A DNA stretch of 64,000 bases from Thalia democratica (taxonomy: Eukaryota): the NCBI GenBank assembly GCA_965202585.1, contig OZ241829.1:29760001-29824000 (forward strand), read 5' to 3'. The notes under the pieces are model-generated. The model had not been told where the DNA came from and searched no databases. It worked only from the letters and a program-made list of their open reading frames with translations. Positions 1 through 13,848 of this stretch are shown piece by piece. The position numbers and the translations under genes were made by a program. The stretch's first letter is position 1. Each line of letters opens with the position of its first letter.

Positions 1-296
1 CAATATTCTAAAGTGCATATTATATTAAGATAGTTTTTTACGGTAAGATGGCGGTACTGATCACATTTATGTAATGAATTATGTAGCTTTAGAAGTTTTC
101 AATATAAAACTTGTGTATTCAAATAAGTTTTAATTACTGTTAGGACTTTAATTACGTTCTGTTCTTTAAGTTACCAAAAGTTACAGCAAAACTTCATTTG
201 AAGTCTAAAAACTTTAGATTTTTAAACTTTGAAAAGCTTAAAATATTAGAAATATGAATTAAAACAAATTCCACTATGTTAGTGTTTTCAACTTAC

Positions 297-3200
297 TTTG
301 GTAACATATGACTTCAGTATCTGGATTGAGCTCGCCGTCATTACAAGTTCTAGTATCGTCCCCGATCAGTGTGTAGTCTTCATCGCATACAAAAGTTACA
401 GTTTCTGAAGAAATATAAACCGTCCTACCGTCTTTAGTATCACCGTTCGCAGGCTTGGTTATTGTGCACTCTGTTTATAACAGTACTTTGGTTTTAAAGT
501 TTGTAGCAAACAATAATGCTAAAAAGCTATAGTTTGTTTATAAGTATTTTATATATTTATTTGATAATTTTACAAGCCATTATTAAATTTTTGAATCTTT
601 AAGGCTTTAACTTTATGTATAACAAAAGATTATGTTTATAAAACTAAAAAAACTATACTAAAATGAAAGTTGTTGCTTGTTGATAATATAGTTCAAAACT
701 TGGGAAACTTGGTAATTTTTACATATTGCAAATCATTTTCGTTATTTTGATTTATATATGTAATGACAATTATAAACAGGTACTCATTAAGAAATTTAAG
801 TTTCCTCTCAAACTTACCTCTTGGACCAATCGTAGGCATTAAGAAAAAGAACGGCAAATAAAAAAACACAAGCACAGATATTGAACTATCCAAGGAAACA
901 GAGATAAACCTCAAACGAACCTGGTATGCACTGCACGGCCGGATGCCATTTGCCGTCCACGCCGCAAGTGGAAGCACTCGAGCTCAGCCTGTGCTTTTCT
1001 TCGCAGGTCACCACAGCTTGGGTGCCGTTGAGGTAGACTCCTTCGCCCCGTTCGTTTTCGATCGCATAAGAAGACGATCTCGAGTTTTCGGGAGGAGAAA
1101 AGTCGTCGCATTCTGTGATAATTACTTGCGCTTTGTACTTTGTTTTCGAGTAGCTAGTTATTTAAAAGTTTCCCTGCTGTTATCTGTACAATTGTGTTTT
1201 GTTCCAAAAAAGGTAGCTCGGTCGAAATGAATAAGGAGTTTGAAAAGTTCAATGAACACACTAATAAAACTATTATTGATTATTTTTTAACTGGTAACAC
1301 AAAATTGTTCTAAACATTCAGACAAAAACTTGTTGACGAAAGCTTCAAACTATGAAACTGTGATCAAAACAATTTTTTTTTACGTTTCAAGCAGATTGGG
1401 AAAGTTGTTGGTTCCCATCTAGCGCCTCTCTCGCACCCGAACTCAACATTGGAAACGTCGTCCAAATGGTAGCCTTCGAAGCAGGCGTAGTTCACTTTTG
1501 AAGATTTAATATCGCCGTTGTCCAGCCTTATTGTCTCTATAGCCGTTACTATCGAATTGTGAACATGTGGGGGATTTTCGCAAACTGAAATAAATTAATT
1601 GTTTAACTTAATCGTGCTTTATGAGTATCTTTACAACTATTTATGATTTATTCAGAAAAGTATATATCCTTTTTTTAAAATAATTCTGATTTATCAAGCA
1701 CAGAATTACAACATAAGCTACGAAAACTCCCCCGACACAGCTGTATAAAATTTTTAACTACAACACCAAATTTAAGCTAGTAAGTTTGGGAACGGGTCAA
1801 AATTGCACGAAGATACTTTTCCACGAAGATAAATTGGCACGAGCAGATAAAATTGCACGATGACAATTTTGCATGGAGGGTCATATTTGCGAGCGAGTGA
1901 AAAAAATATACATATATAAAACAGAAAAATAAAAACTAAAAGATAAATTAATAAAACAATAAAAAAAGTAACATACCTAGGGTAAGGGTTAAGGTTAACT
2001 GTGATAGTAAAAGAAAAAAAAAATATTAAAGTAAAAAGCAATAAATAAAAATAAAATTATTAAAAAGAAAAATAAGTTACCGACCGAGGGTAAGGGTTAG
2101 GGGTACAGTGAATGTAAAAAAAAATAAATAAAAATAAAAATTCAATACTTGCAAAATTGTCTACACGTGCAAAATTTTCTTCGTGCAAAAGTGTCTTCGT
2201 GCAATTTTGTGCCCTCGTGCAATTTTGTACGCTCGCGCAAAATGATGATTATTTACAATAATGATACCACGTACAATTATGACAGCTACCGAGTTAGTTT
2301 TTTATATTATTGAAGTAACAATTAAACACAATCCAACGCCACTTTGTTTTCACTGCGCTCTAAAAACTACTAGTGTTGAAAGATACCGGGCACGCATTTC
2401 GGCGCGGAAGCGAATCCCCAGGTCTCGTCTCTCTCACAGGTGAGCTTCTTTGGCTGGCCATGTACTAAGCTGTAATCAGAAATGCATTGGTAAGTGACTT
2501 CGGTGCCGGTCCACAGTTCACCTTCAACGTAGCTGGATGAAACGCTCCAATCCACATTTTCGTCTTTTGGCGGGCTTTCACACTCTGGCATTGTTATAAC
2601 GTTTGTAAATAGCTGATTGAAAACTCAACAACTATTGAAACTGATTGATAAGCTACATAACAGTTACTTTATTAGTGTCTTAAACCTTTTCATCAAAACT
2701 TTGCTATTATAAACGTAGATTGATATAAAAAATAAAAACTCAATTGGTAATAAGTTTTACTTTTTTTTGATCAGGCAGTGTGCAAAAAACAGATAGTTTG
2801 TAAATCATACCTTTTATGCAAATAGGGTCTTCTGTCATATTCCAATTTCCATCTGAGCACACAAACGCAGCGGTTTCATCACCGCCTTTGACAAAACTAT
2901 AGTCGTCGTCACAAGCGTATTTGATGACATCCCCACTTAAGTAACGTTCTTTTCTTGCTCTCTTCAAGTCAATGGTTGTTGAATTGTATGGCTTCACAGG
3001 ATTCGAACACTCTAAAATAAAAAACTTGGTGAAATAAAATAATCAGTTAAATGAAAGGCCTATATTTAAATCAAACTAGTGAATTAAGTCGTATTTTGGT
3101 ATAAGACATTATAAGAAAGTTTAAGACGTTTTGGGTGTTTTCTAAATAAGCAAAGATTAAGATTGTTTCATCAATAAGCTGTATAAACTTTGTAGACACT

Positions 3201-6200
3201 TTGGTTCAATGTTCTTGGTGTAGTTCCATTCACCATTCGATTGACAAACAAATTTCGAAGTTTCAGTTGAAAGTTCATATTCTCCATTACACGTAAATGA
3301 AATTTCATCCCGATAAAGAAAGTGATCGGGTCTTTTAGTGCGAGAGTCAACATTTCCATTTAGTAAGCTTGGTTGAGGACATTCTAAAAAGTTTTTAGTA
3401 TACTTTTACTGAAATTAGTTTTTGTAATCTAGTTATGATGTAAATGTGAAAAATATTATCTCAAGCCTACATTAGATAAAAAAATTGTACAAAAGTTTTA
3501 AAACTAGCAAAAATGGTTAGGAACTAAAGTTATGTAAGTGTAGTAATTTTATTTATTGTATATAAACTATAAATATATATATACTTGGTAGCAAACAAAT
3601 CAAATATTAAAACATATTAGTTTTAGTAAATATTAGTAAAAATTAGTCTGAATAAAAGTTTTAAGTGTGCTAACAGTTTAAAAAAGCAATCGTCTGTACA
3701 TAAAACGTGTTCTAGTACAAAAAAAGAAAAAACAACGTTTTATTTAAAAAAAAACATGGTTTTAGTGGATACAAAGTACAAATTAATTTAAATAATACAA
3801 CTGAAATTTGTTTAGTCTTTTTCAATAATTTAAGATCATAGGTGGGTCACCTTGCTTTATACAAATCCATCTTAATTTATGGGGTTTTGTCTTAGCTTTT
3901 AGATACTTTTTACCGCATAACAAAACTCAAGTTAACGTTTGAAATGAAACAAATTGACGTCGGTGAATTCAATAGGCTTCTTTATGTAAAGTACAAACTT
4001 AAAAGGTGGAAAAAACTGTTTGACTGAAGTTATACCTTCTTCTTAAATGTGAAACTAATCGTAAACAAGTATAAATAGTTTTTTTTATAGTTATAGATAC
4101 AAATAAATAAACTTTTCAACTTGCTTTATTAAGGTAAACGTTTTATAGACTATCAATAAGTTAAAACGCTCAAAAAATTTTAAGTGACGTTCTACGATAT
4201 AGACTTTATAATACTTAAGTAGTATTTGAATAACTCAATCATTAATTGCTAGTCTCGATCTCGCAGCTTTATTTTTGTAAACTACTATTCTGTATACCAA
4301 TACTTAAAATTAGTAAGCTCTTTATTGTTATACGTTGTTAACTCCGTTTATTGACATGTTTTTATTTATTTATTTATATAATACTTTTAATATAAGATCT
4401 TTTACGTTCATTGATGTTTTTATATTCCAACAAATGTACTTTGTTAAGATTTTTAAAAAGAAAAGATCCTTCTTTACTGTTATTCTAAATTTTATTACCT
4501 CAACATATGATGTAGTTGTTATATTCTACAAAAAAATGAACCATAGTTCAAACTTTAAGCTTATATATAAGAGAAGGTGTTGTTTTCGTAACAACAATGT
4601 CTTTGATTCTGAACGGCCACAACTCCAACAACCAAAAACACTTGAGGACTTTCTAACACGGAAAAATCCGTTAACATCTTTTTATAACAATTCACCTTTG
4701 ACGCATTCTCCAACGGAGTTGTCCAAACCGCTCTCGATGTCACAGTTTATGATCGGGTTTTCCGAATCGTAGGTGAACTCTGGATCGCACTCATACTCCA
4801 CTTGCACGTCGATGGAGTGCGTCGCGTTTATCGGTTTAGAATTTCTCACGATTTTTCTCCCATTTTTAATTTCATCAGGCAGAGCTTCGCAGCCTACGAC
4901 AAAACAGGTCATTTCAGTGTTTACATCATAATAGTACGAAACAAACAGTTACAGTTGTACTAACAGAAACGATAAAAACTGACGGAAATAAAATGTTTTT
5001 TGCTAAAACTAAAAAATAAACTTTCATCAAAGACGGCGGCAGTTTGTGGTTTGAAAGAATTAGTAATTATTTATTTTATTTTATTTGAGGTATAAACAAA
5101 ATAAAGATTACACATGTTTCAGACTTGAAGCTTTTTGTTTCAAGTTTTCGTCAGACTAAGTTTATTATACTTATAAACTCCGTATAAGTAAGACTTGAAG
5201 TATAAAGCTTTAAGTCTGAAACATGTGTAAATTATTGTTTTGTTTATACAAGAAACATATGTTTCTCTATAAAGCGCATAGAGCTACAAACTAAAACAAA
5301 ACAACATGACATATACTTAACCACATTCAAATATACCTTACTTTAGTATTCGGGCACGTTTTAACCCTTTTAGAAAAGTTTACTTTCCAACCGAAAACTT
5401 ACTTCTCGCGCACGATCCGACGGCACCGACCGGATCCGACGTCCACACTCCGGTGTCTCCGCACACTTTGCCAACGAAATTAGCAGGCGTCATGGTCAAG
5501 TTGTCGCGGCAAGTGTAGCTGACTCGGGTGCCGGGGTAGTAGGAGCCCTCGTGCACCCATGTTACCACGCGGTCAGCGTTTTCCACGACTGGAATCGCAT
5601 CGGCCATACACTGGTGAACTGCAAAATTTGGTTTTTGAATAGGGTCGTAGGTGCTGAGAAAAGAATATTAGTGAACAGAACAAAAAAATGTAAATTTGTT
5701 TTTAATCTGTACTGTAGACAACCTGATTAAAAAAATTCTATTCCGTCAGTCATCTTGTAAAATACACAATATTTCTCAAAGTCAAACCACGATTTAGATA
5801 AGTTTTAATTTAATACCAATTTAGGTTCCTTATACTTATTTAACGTTTACAAGCTTGAAAACCAGAGAAGCAGTCTCCAAGATCGCCTTGCCAAGAACCA
5901 TCTTCAGTGCACTGGATCGTGTCATCGCCTTCTGGTTTCATCTCGTACCCGTTATCGCAAAGGTAAGTGGCAACAACACCAACAGTATGTTGAGTGTCTG
6001 ACAGGCTTTCAGATATGGAATAATCTGCATTCGTCCTATTTTCAGGTTTGCCGCAGTCTGAAATTCAGTAACGTAAAACAATATACATCAGGAACATTGT
6101 TTCGTACTATATATTATATAAAGCCGGGTTTAGATATTGGGTAAAAAGTAAAAACTAACGTTTTTTTTTGGACTTCAAAAACATTTTATTACTACAAACA

Positions 6201-9200
6201 AATAGACCTAAATGAAAACAAAACTTACACTGTATAAAACTAAACTAAACTGTTTACTACAACTAATATTGTAGTTTGATAATATGGTCTTGTTTTTTAA
6301 GAGCTTTTAAGATTCTAGTTATAAAATTTTATGATTTAGTTTTAAAATACGTATTTTATCAAAATAAATATACCAAAAAAAAGATTCAACGCTAAAAGGC
6401 CGTTTGTAGGATTATTACGACAAGTAATTACATCATGGCGAAGTGCATGGTGTGTTTATAATCAAAAAACTACCGTGTTTAAACAAAACTACTTTAACTA
6501 ATCAAGTTCCACGGTTTTAAACTAAATGGTAGTAGTTTTAAACTTTAAGTAAAACTGATTGTGTCGTGATGCTTATTATAATAACAGTACATACTATACA
6601 TACAATACATACATTTTTCAAATATTTTAATTATTAAATAGTCTGCGGTCTCACTTACGTTATCAGTTACAATATTTAAAAACTGTTGGTTTTATATAAA
6701 ACTTTTGCATACTTAATTTTCTCGCTTTCCAAACTAGCTATCAATTCACTTACGCCTCACACACTCTGGAAGCGAAGGCTCAAACTGCCCGTTGATGCAG
6801 TTCAACACAGCCGTCGAGTCCGGATGGATCACGAATCTGTTGTTGCACGAATATTCAACCTGGAAAACTGCTTTCGCTGGACCGGTTTCAGTGTCTATCA
6901 TCTCGTACAAAGGAGTGGTGAAGTATCCATTTTTGATTTCTTCCGGATCGCCGCAATCTTAAAGTGAAGCAGTGATGGTTTATATATGAAAATAAAGTTT
7001 AGTTAGCTAAAACGTTTTGAACTTTTTTAGTGTTGTATGAAAACACAGCTTAATAAAACTTAGTTTACCCAACTTTTGTTTGTATCAACAGTAGTAAGTG
7101 TAGGTGGGGAAGTTTTTTAATAGTAAACTAGCTTGAGCTTGTACACAGATACACTTTACCTGTTATTGACGCGTTTGATAGGTTTGCAGTAGGTGAAACG
7201 ATTAAGATGTAGCATTTTAATACTTAAAACTATGACAAACGTTAAAGTTCTATACTACCTTACGATGAGGTTTTATCAAGTAAGTTAACCCAAAAAGTTC
7301 TTAAATGCTTAATATAATATTAAAAAACGTTGAAATTCAGTAAAGTCTTTACGTTTACTTTAGAATAAGCTGGCTTTAAATTTACTTATTTTCAAAACCG
7401 TTATTTATTTGTTTTTGTTGAAAGTCTGGAGTCAGAGAAATTCAGAAAATTAAAAACATTGTGTACTAAATTTTAGCTACATTAATATATTAATGCACTA
7501 TTCGGTATGTCTTTCAATTTTTGCATGACATAAAGTATTTTTTTACTTTTATTCAGTCATCAACAAAAATAAATATAGAATAAAAGAGCTATACTATTAT
7601 TAACAACTATCTTTAATTTTTTGGTAGTTTTTAAGTAGTTGTGTCACAAAAATGTGTATTCCATAAAACTAAAAGCTTTTGATGTTACAACACAAACCTA
7701 AAAACTGACTTTTAGCAATAATGTAACAAGGACTTTTCAAAAGTCCGTTCTTACAGCTCAACTAAGTAAGATGACTTAGGTACCGTAGCTTAAAAGTATT
7801 CATTGTTAAGAAACAAATTCTAACATTTAACACAATGAGGCGGGGTAATGTCCCATTCTCCATTTTGCAAACACTCAGCAGAGTTTTTATTTGAGCTGCT
7901 GATAACATAGTTGTCGCTGCAAGTGAACTTGACAATCGTACCGCTGTACTGGTTGTCGCTTTCCACACCATTTACTTTCATAACTTCGAGACTCAAGCCC
8001 TCAGTAGCAATGATGTTTTTACATTCTGGAACAATTTTTAATATTTATGTTTGTTTTATTGTAAATTTTACTTTGCAGTTTTTTAGGTTGTAAAGAATAC
8101 GCATCTAAAAAAATAAAACAACTTTATAAACAGTTAAGTTTAAATAAATCAATTAAAGGACAGCTACCTATTTTAATTTTTGCCAAATTTAGCAAATTAG
8201 TTGTTGATTTTTATTTGTAGAAATAAGCCTAACTTTATTACTTATATGTCTTCATTGGGTTTGCGCATTGAAACTTCTAAAACATACATTTTTACTAAAA
8301 ATTTTGGGTATAATAAAACAACATAAATGCTTTGAGATCCACAAAGATTCAAATTTCATTTATTAAAACAAGTTTTTATGAAAAATTAATTAGTTACCTT
8401 TTAAGCAATCAAAGCCACTTTTCTTCCAAGACCCTTCGTTCGTGCAGTAATGAGTGTTATCAGCAGACTCGGGTACCAGCGTGTACGGTGCTGCGCAATC
8501 GTAAGACACTTTGATTTCGACCTCCTCATCACTCCCATACACAGTCAGCTTGTCGAGGACAGTTTTCAATGTGTTTGGCACAACCTGGGACGCACCGCAG
8601 TCTGTGAAGGACAGTTAGTTTTAAACCAGAGCTTACTTGAAGACAAGGTCTGCAGTCCGTTTTATAAAGTCTAATTTTTCAATTTAAGTTTAAGTAATGT
8701 AGAAATTAAGATGTAAACATCGGCGAAGTAGCGGCACAAAGTTCACCTGGGTAGCAGACGAATGGACTCCACGAGCCGTCAACGCCACAAGTCGAGCTTG
8801 AAGTGCTGGTGACAAAGTTGTTGGTGCAGGCGTAGCTCACTTCCGTGCCGTTCAGGAAAACGCCCGACCTTTCGTTTTTGTATTCGTACGCGTGAGTTCC
8901 GTCGGAGTTGTTGACACTCGGCACATCATCACATTCTTGGATAACAAAATTTTAATACTATTTTTGATTTTTTAATCAATTTTAATTCTAAATAATTAAT
9001 GAAAAAATCATCACAGCTCAAAGTTAATAACGTTTACTTTCGAGTACCTTTTATGCAGAAAAGTTTTGTCTTGGTCACCCATTTTGCTCCCAACTCACAC
9101 ACATACGTTCCATTAGCAAACTCATCGCTGAAATGGTAACCTTCTGTGCAACTGTACTCAACAACACTGTCGATTACGCTTCCGTTTGCTAGCCTTGTAG

Positions 9201-12200
9201 AACTTATGAGAGTCCAATTCGCGTTTTTTAGGACTGGTGGTACCAGGCAAACTGCAAAGTTTACAAAACTGTGTTGTATGTTTGAAATCATAGATAAGTG
9301 TGTATCCTTTAAAGCGTTTTATGAGTTTTTAAGATGTATACAGTTAGTAAACTACTAACAACTAAAATTTTAAAATTAATGTATAAAAGCTAAGAAAAAT
9401 AACTTATTACTTTTAGATGAATGTAATGAGTTGAATAAGCATACTTCAAGCTTTATTACAACTGACTGAAAAATTATAAATTCATCTTGTACAAAACTGC
9501 GCATTATTTATAAGCAATGCACAAAGCACCATCAAAGAAAACACCAACTTGGAGCACATTGAGGAGCGCGGCCGAAGTCCCAATTTCCGTCACCGCCGCA
9601 AGTCAGTTGCTCGGGTTCGCCCCATTTGAGACTGTGGGAGGGATCGCAAGTGTAGCTCACCGTTGTTCCGCTCCAAAACTCGCCGTTCACGTGGCTGAAG
9701 GTTGTGTGCCAAGTCACCTTGCTTCCGTCGTATGGCTGAGGGCACTCTGTATCGGGCAGCGAGTAATAAGCTAGTGTTTAAAGTAGAAGTAGTACAATTG
9801 TTATGCGTATTTCATATGTAATTATAATATAGTACTATTCTAAACTTAAACTTTATTCAAATGTGAATTATACTTATTATTCTCAAAAAAGAATGCATTC
9901 TAGAAAACGGTTTTCAATTGAAAAGTTTAGTTTTTACAGCTTATTCAATAGTTTATGCTGCTGTAGTTCAAAAACCAAAAATGCAAAAATGTCATTTTAC
10001 TTGTAATGCACGTAGGAGCCACAGAGATGTCCCAGCCACCTTCTGAGCACTCATAAGTGTAGTCGGCCGAGCTACCACCACTGAAAGTGTAGTTCTCGAT
10101 GCAAGAATACCTGTAAGCGTCGCCTTCGAGGTAAATGTCTTCACGAGCCTGACGCTCAGGTACGACGGTTCCGTATGGTATGGTTTCGGGGCTCGGGCAA
10201 GCTTAATTGAAAGCAAGGTTGAAAGAAGTGACATTTTTTACAAGGCTTTTGAAGTAATAAGTAAGTTGTGGTAAAAATATTGATTTTTAAACATTGAAGT
10301 TCTCGAAAATTTTAAGTTTTTTGTTGAACACTTTGTACAAAAGAAACACAATACATACCGTTTTGAAGTAAAATTTAGTACTTTCGTTATAAATAAAAAA
10401 AATTAAATGTATTGAGAATTGTAAAGTAAAGATGTTTATAAAGTTAACTTTTTAATAAATGTGGGCTTTAAGATAAATTCTAATTTTTTCGCAACGTCAT
10501 AAAATTTTTATTCAATTAAACGTGCACAAATGCACTTTCAAGTAATACTGTTACTAAATAAAAACAAGTTAACAACAGTATGACAAAAAAGTTTTATATA
10601 AAACAGTTCCGTAACATTTTAGCTTCATACACAAAATCAGCTCTTTTAAGTTGTACGAGATAATTTGTTGTGAAAACAATTTCATATATGAATCAAAGTT
10701 TTAATTAAAAGCCTGAAATTTAAAAGTTTTAAGATCAGGTTCCGTTTAGCATCTCAATTATATATAAAGATTTAAACCGTTGAGACACGCGGGTACGGAG
10801 GAGTTGGTTATTCCGTTTTCCTTGCACTCAACAATGGAAAGACGAGGATAATTCATGTAATAGCCTTCTTCGCAAGAAAATGTTGACAAAGTCCCGGGTA
10901 CATGGTTTGTTGTGTCATCTACTATTGGGCGAGTGTCTATTATTAGACCAGGCCTCGAGACGATGTTTAGGCATCCTGTAGAAAACATTTTCGGTTTTAT
11001 AAGTTTGATATATGCTTGAAAGTTAACCGTGACTTAAAATAACGCATACTAGTCTTGAAAAGCTTTTGCGAAACCATTTAGTCCCATACGAAACACTTAT
11101 TTTAGTTTTTTTCACCGTAATTGAACTGAAGTTGCAGAAATAGTTGTTTTTTAATTTTATTCAAAGTTGGTAAACTTAGTATTTAAAGTAAACTTCTATA
11201 GAAATGTTTAACTTATAGTTTTTCGTGTATTATTAGTAAACTTCAATGCTTTACCTTCACTCAAAGTTTAACTTTTAAATAAGTTTTAAACATTTTTCTT
11301 TATTTTTAATAAAATAGTAAACAAGTAAAACGTAATTTGAAGTTATTATTTACTAAAAGCCTGTGTACTTACATATAGAAAACATAACTTTTTTACTAAG
11401 ATAAGTTCTTGTATTTATACTGTTGCGAAAAAAAAGTATCCTTAAAAAATTCCAAAACTTTATAATAGGTTTTAAATGTTATGAAATAAAATATACTGTA
11501 AACATTTTTTACTCATCAAAACTTTAAATTTTTTTATAGCTGAATTAATTTTGAAAAGTAATTTTACAAGTGAAAAAGCGCTCATAACTTACGTTTAATG
11601 CATTGAACTTTATCAAAAGTCCACGATGAATTAAAATGGCAAGTAGCTTCTACAGAAGCTTCTTTGGTATGCACATTGTAGTAACCTTCTTCACACCTGA
11701 TTTCAACAGCGGATATGAATCGAGCCGACCAAATACCGTCAAAATATTTAGTTGCTTTTATGATAGAGTTTGGAAAGTATAACGGTCCACAAACTTCAAA
11801 AGTTTAGTAAACAAAGTGAGATTTTATTTTTAACATATTTGTTAGATAGTTGCCTTAAAATATGTTGATTGATGATTGATTTAAACGATTAGTTTATTCT
11901 CTATATATGCATATTAATAGCTTCAAGTTTATTTTTCAGCAAACTTTAAACAAAAAATCTCAAGCTCAGCAAAATTTGCAAACCTGGAAAGCATAAAACT
12001 TTCGGAGACCATTTCCCATTGGTGCCGCATGTGGTCTCGTTGCCTACTTGCTCGTACTTATCATTGCAAACGTACCGAACGACTGACCCAGTTGCCACTC
12101 GCAAGTCAGGACTTGTTGTTACGACGTCCAAAGACACAGGTTGGTAAGGCGCACTGTTTTCTACAGTCGGTATTTCGTCGCATACTGTTGTGCAAAAAAA

Positions 12201-13848
12201 ATATAAGGTTTTGACCTAAAAGGCTTGATATTGAATTTTAGTTATAGACGATTTCAGTTTCGTCTTGTTTCATTAAAAACTGTGTTAATTGTTAGAGCTA
12301 AAAACTTAAGATAAAACGCAGTGACTTACGAATTACACTGCTTATGATAGTTATTAAATAGTGTCTTTAGTTTGGTAGTATGTTTTTTGTTTACAGCTTT
12401 GTAAAAGTTTTATTAAAGAGTATAAAAGCTTCAGTTTTTAATTTTAAGACTATAGTTAGTTGTGAAGGTTTAAAACTGTTAAATTCTGATTACGTAAGCT
12501 ATATAAAAGCTAAAGCAGTTGTGATTTTCACCTTATTGATAAAATGTTTAATTCTAAAAAAAAACAAATAAACTTATCCAACTAAAACCATTCATAGATT
12601 TCTAAAACAGTGAATGGCTGAGCATAAGGAAACTCTATCTTTTTTATTTATCTCTAAAAACATAACTTCTAAATTGACAACTTTGAAAATTGTTTAAACT
12701 ACTTTTTTTCATAGAGCGAAACTTTCAAACTATTATGAAAAGCATCAGTGTTCACAACTGACATTTGAAGCACTCAGGACGAGCTTCCTCGGCCCAGCCT
12801 TCCTCGTATGTGCACGTCAAGGAAGGACTCGCTCCCTCCTTCATCGAGTATCCGCGGTGGCAGAAGTAGTTCACTTGCATCATCAGCACGATCCTGTCGT
12901 CAGACAACGTGTATTCCCCTCTCCGTCCGTCGGCGTTCGGTACATGAGGCGGAACCAAGCAAGCTAGAGATTTGTTTGTTTGAAAATATCACACTCAAAA
13001 CCGCAACAAAACGTGTAAGCAGGGAAAGTTGACGAACTTTGAACGCACCAAGGTGCGGTCTCTATGTTCCACGTTCCGTCTTGCCGACACTTGCGAGTGC
13101 TGACTTCGCCTTTGGCCAGGGAGAACTTGTCGTTGCACGTGTACACCACCCGCATGCCGGTCCAAAAAAAGTATTTTTCAAACAGGTATTCGGTCGTCCA
13201 CGTGGAATAGTCTCCGTCGGGTGGCTTTGTGCATCCTTGCAATTATTATTTTTTTATTAAAAACAGGTAAATACTATAATTTACATACATGCAAATGATA
13301 AGAAAATGGGCTAAAAGTTAACCTCTAATGTTCCCGTCGGGACATATTGGTTTTCTTTTCCAGCCGTCATCTCCACACTCAACAGTACCAATGAAATCAT
13401 AAGGCACTGAATATTTACACTTGTATTTCACAACATCACCGATATCATAGCTTGATTTAATTTGGCCGGTGTAGTTGCCGTTTGTTAGCGGAGGAGGATC
13501 CGTGCAATCTGGTGTGTTTGTGTTAAGCAAGTGAAATCCTTGAACATAACAGCTTTATAGCATGAGCAGAACAATTTTAAATGTTACATCTTAAAATAGA
13601 TAGTGCAAAAGTCAATCAAAAGTATGTTTTTAAAAATCTAAAAGTAAAGAAGTACCGACATGAGATGCATTTCGGGTAACTTTTTCCGGAATCCCAAGTA
13701 AAGTTTCCGTTTTCGTTGCACACGACATACTCGGATGAGTTTGGATGGATCCTAAACCCCTGATCACACTCCAGCATGAATTTAGAGCCGTATATTGGTT
13801 CTGGTGGACCGACAAACAATCCATGTTCCAACTTTGGTGGTTCGCAGA
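297..13848 (-). CDS. Array of 23 single-exon Sushi/CCP (SCR) domains
   Basis: Symmetric phase-1 exons, each encoding a C..C..(W)..C module: 13660-13848, 13323-13508, 13038-13235, 12763-12963, 11984-12184, 11593-11793, 10778-10975, 10001-10201, 9549-9746, 9048-9251, 8747-8935, 8398-8601, 7825-8025, 6754-6957, 5863-6057, 5403-5618, 4696-4893, 3189-3383, 2811-3011, 2387-2584, 1384-1584, 921-1112, 297-470. All lengths are multiples of 3 (174-216 nt). Confidence 0.93.

Noticed and set aside
4335-4772. 145-aa plus-strand ORF
   Set aside because: Low-complexity AT-rich start, antisense overlap with CCP exon 4696-4893, no recognisable domain.
8026-8110. Upstream acceptor at about 8105 for the CCP13 exon
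   Set aside because: Leads to an in-frame TAA; the acceptor at 8026 gives a normal module.
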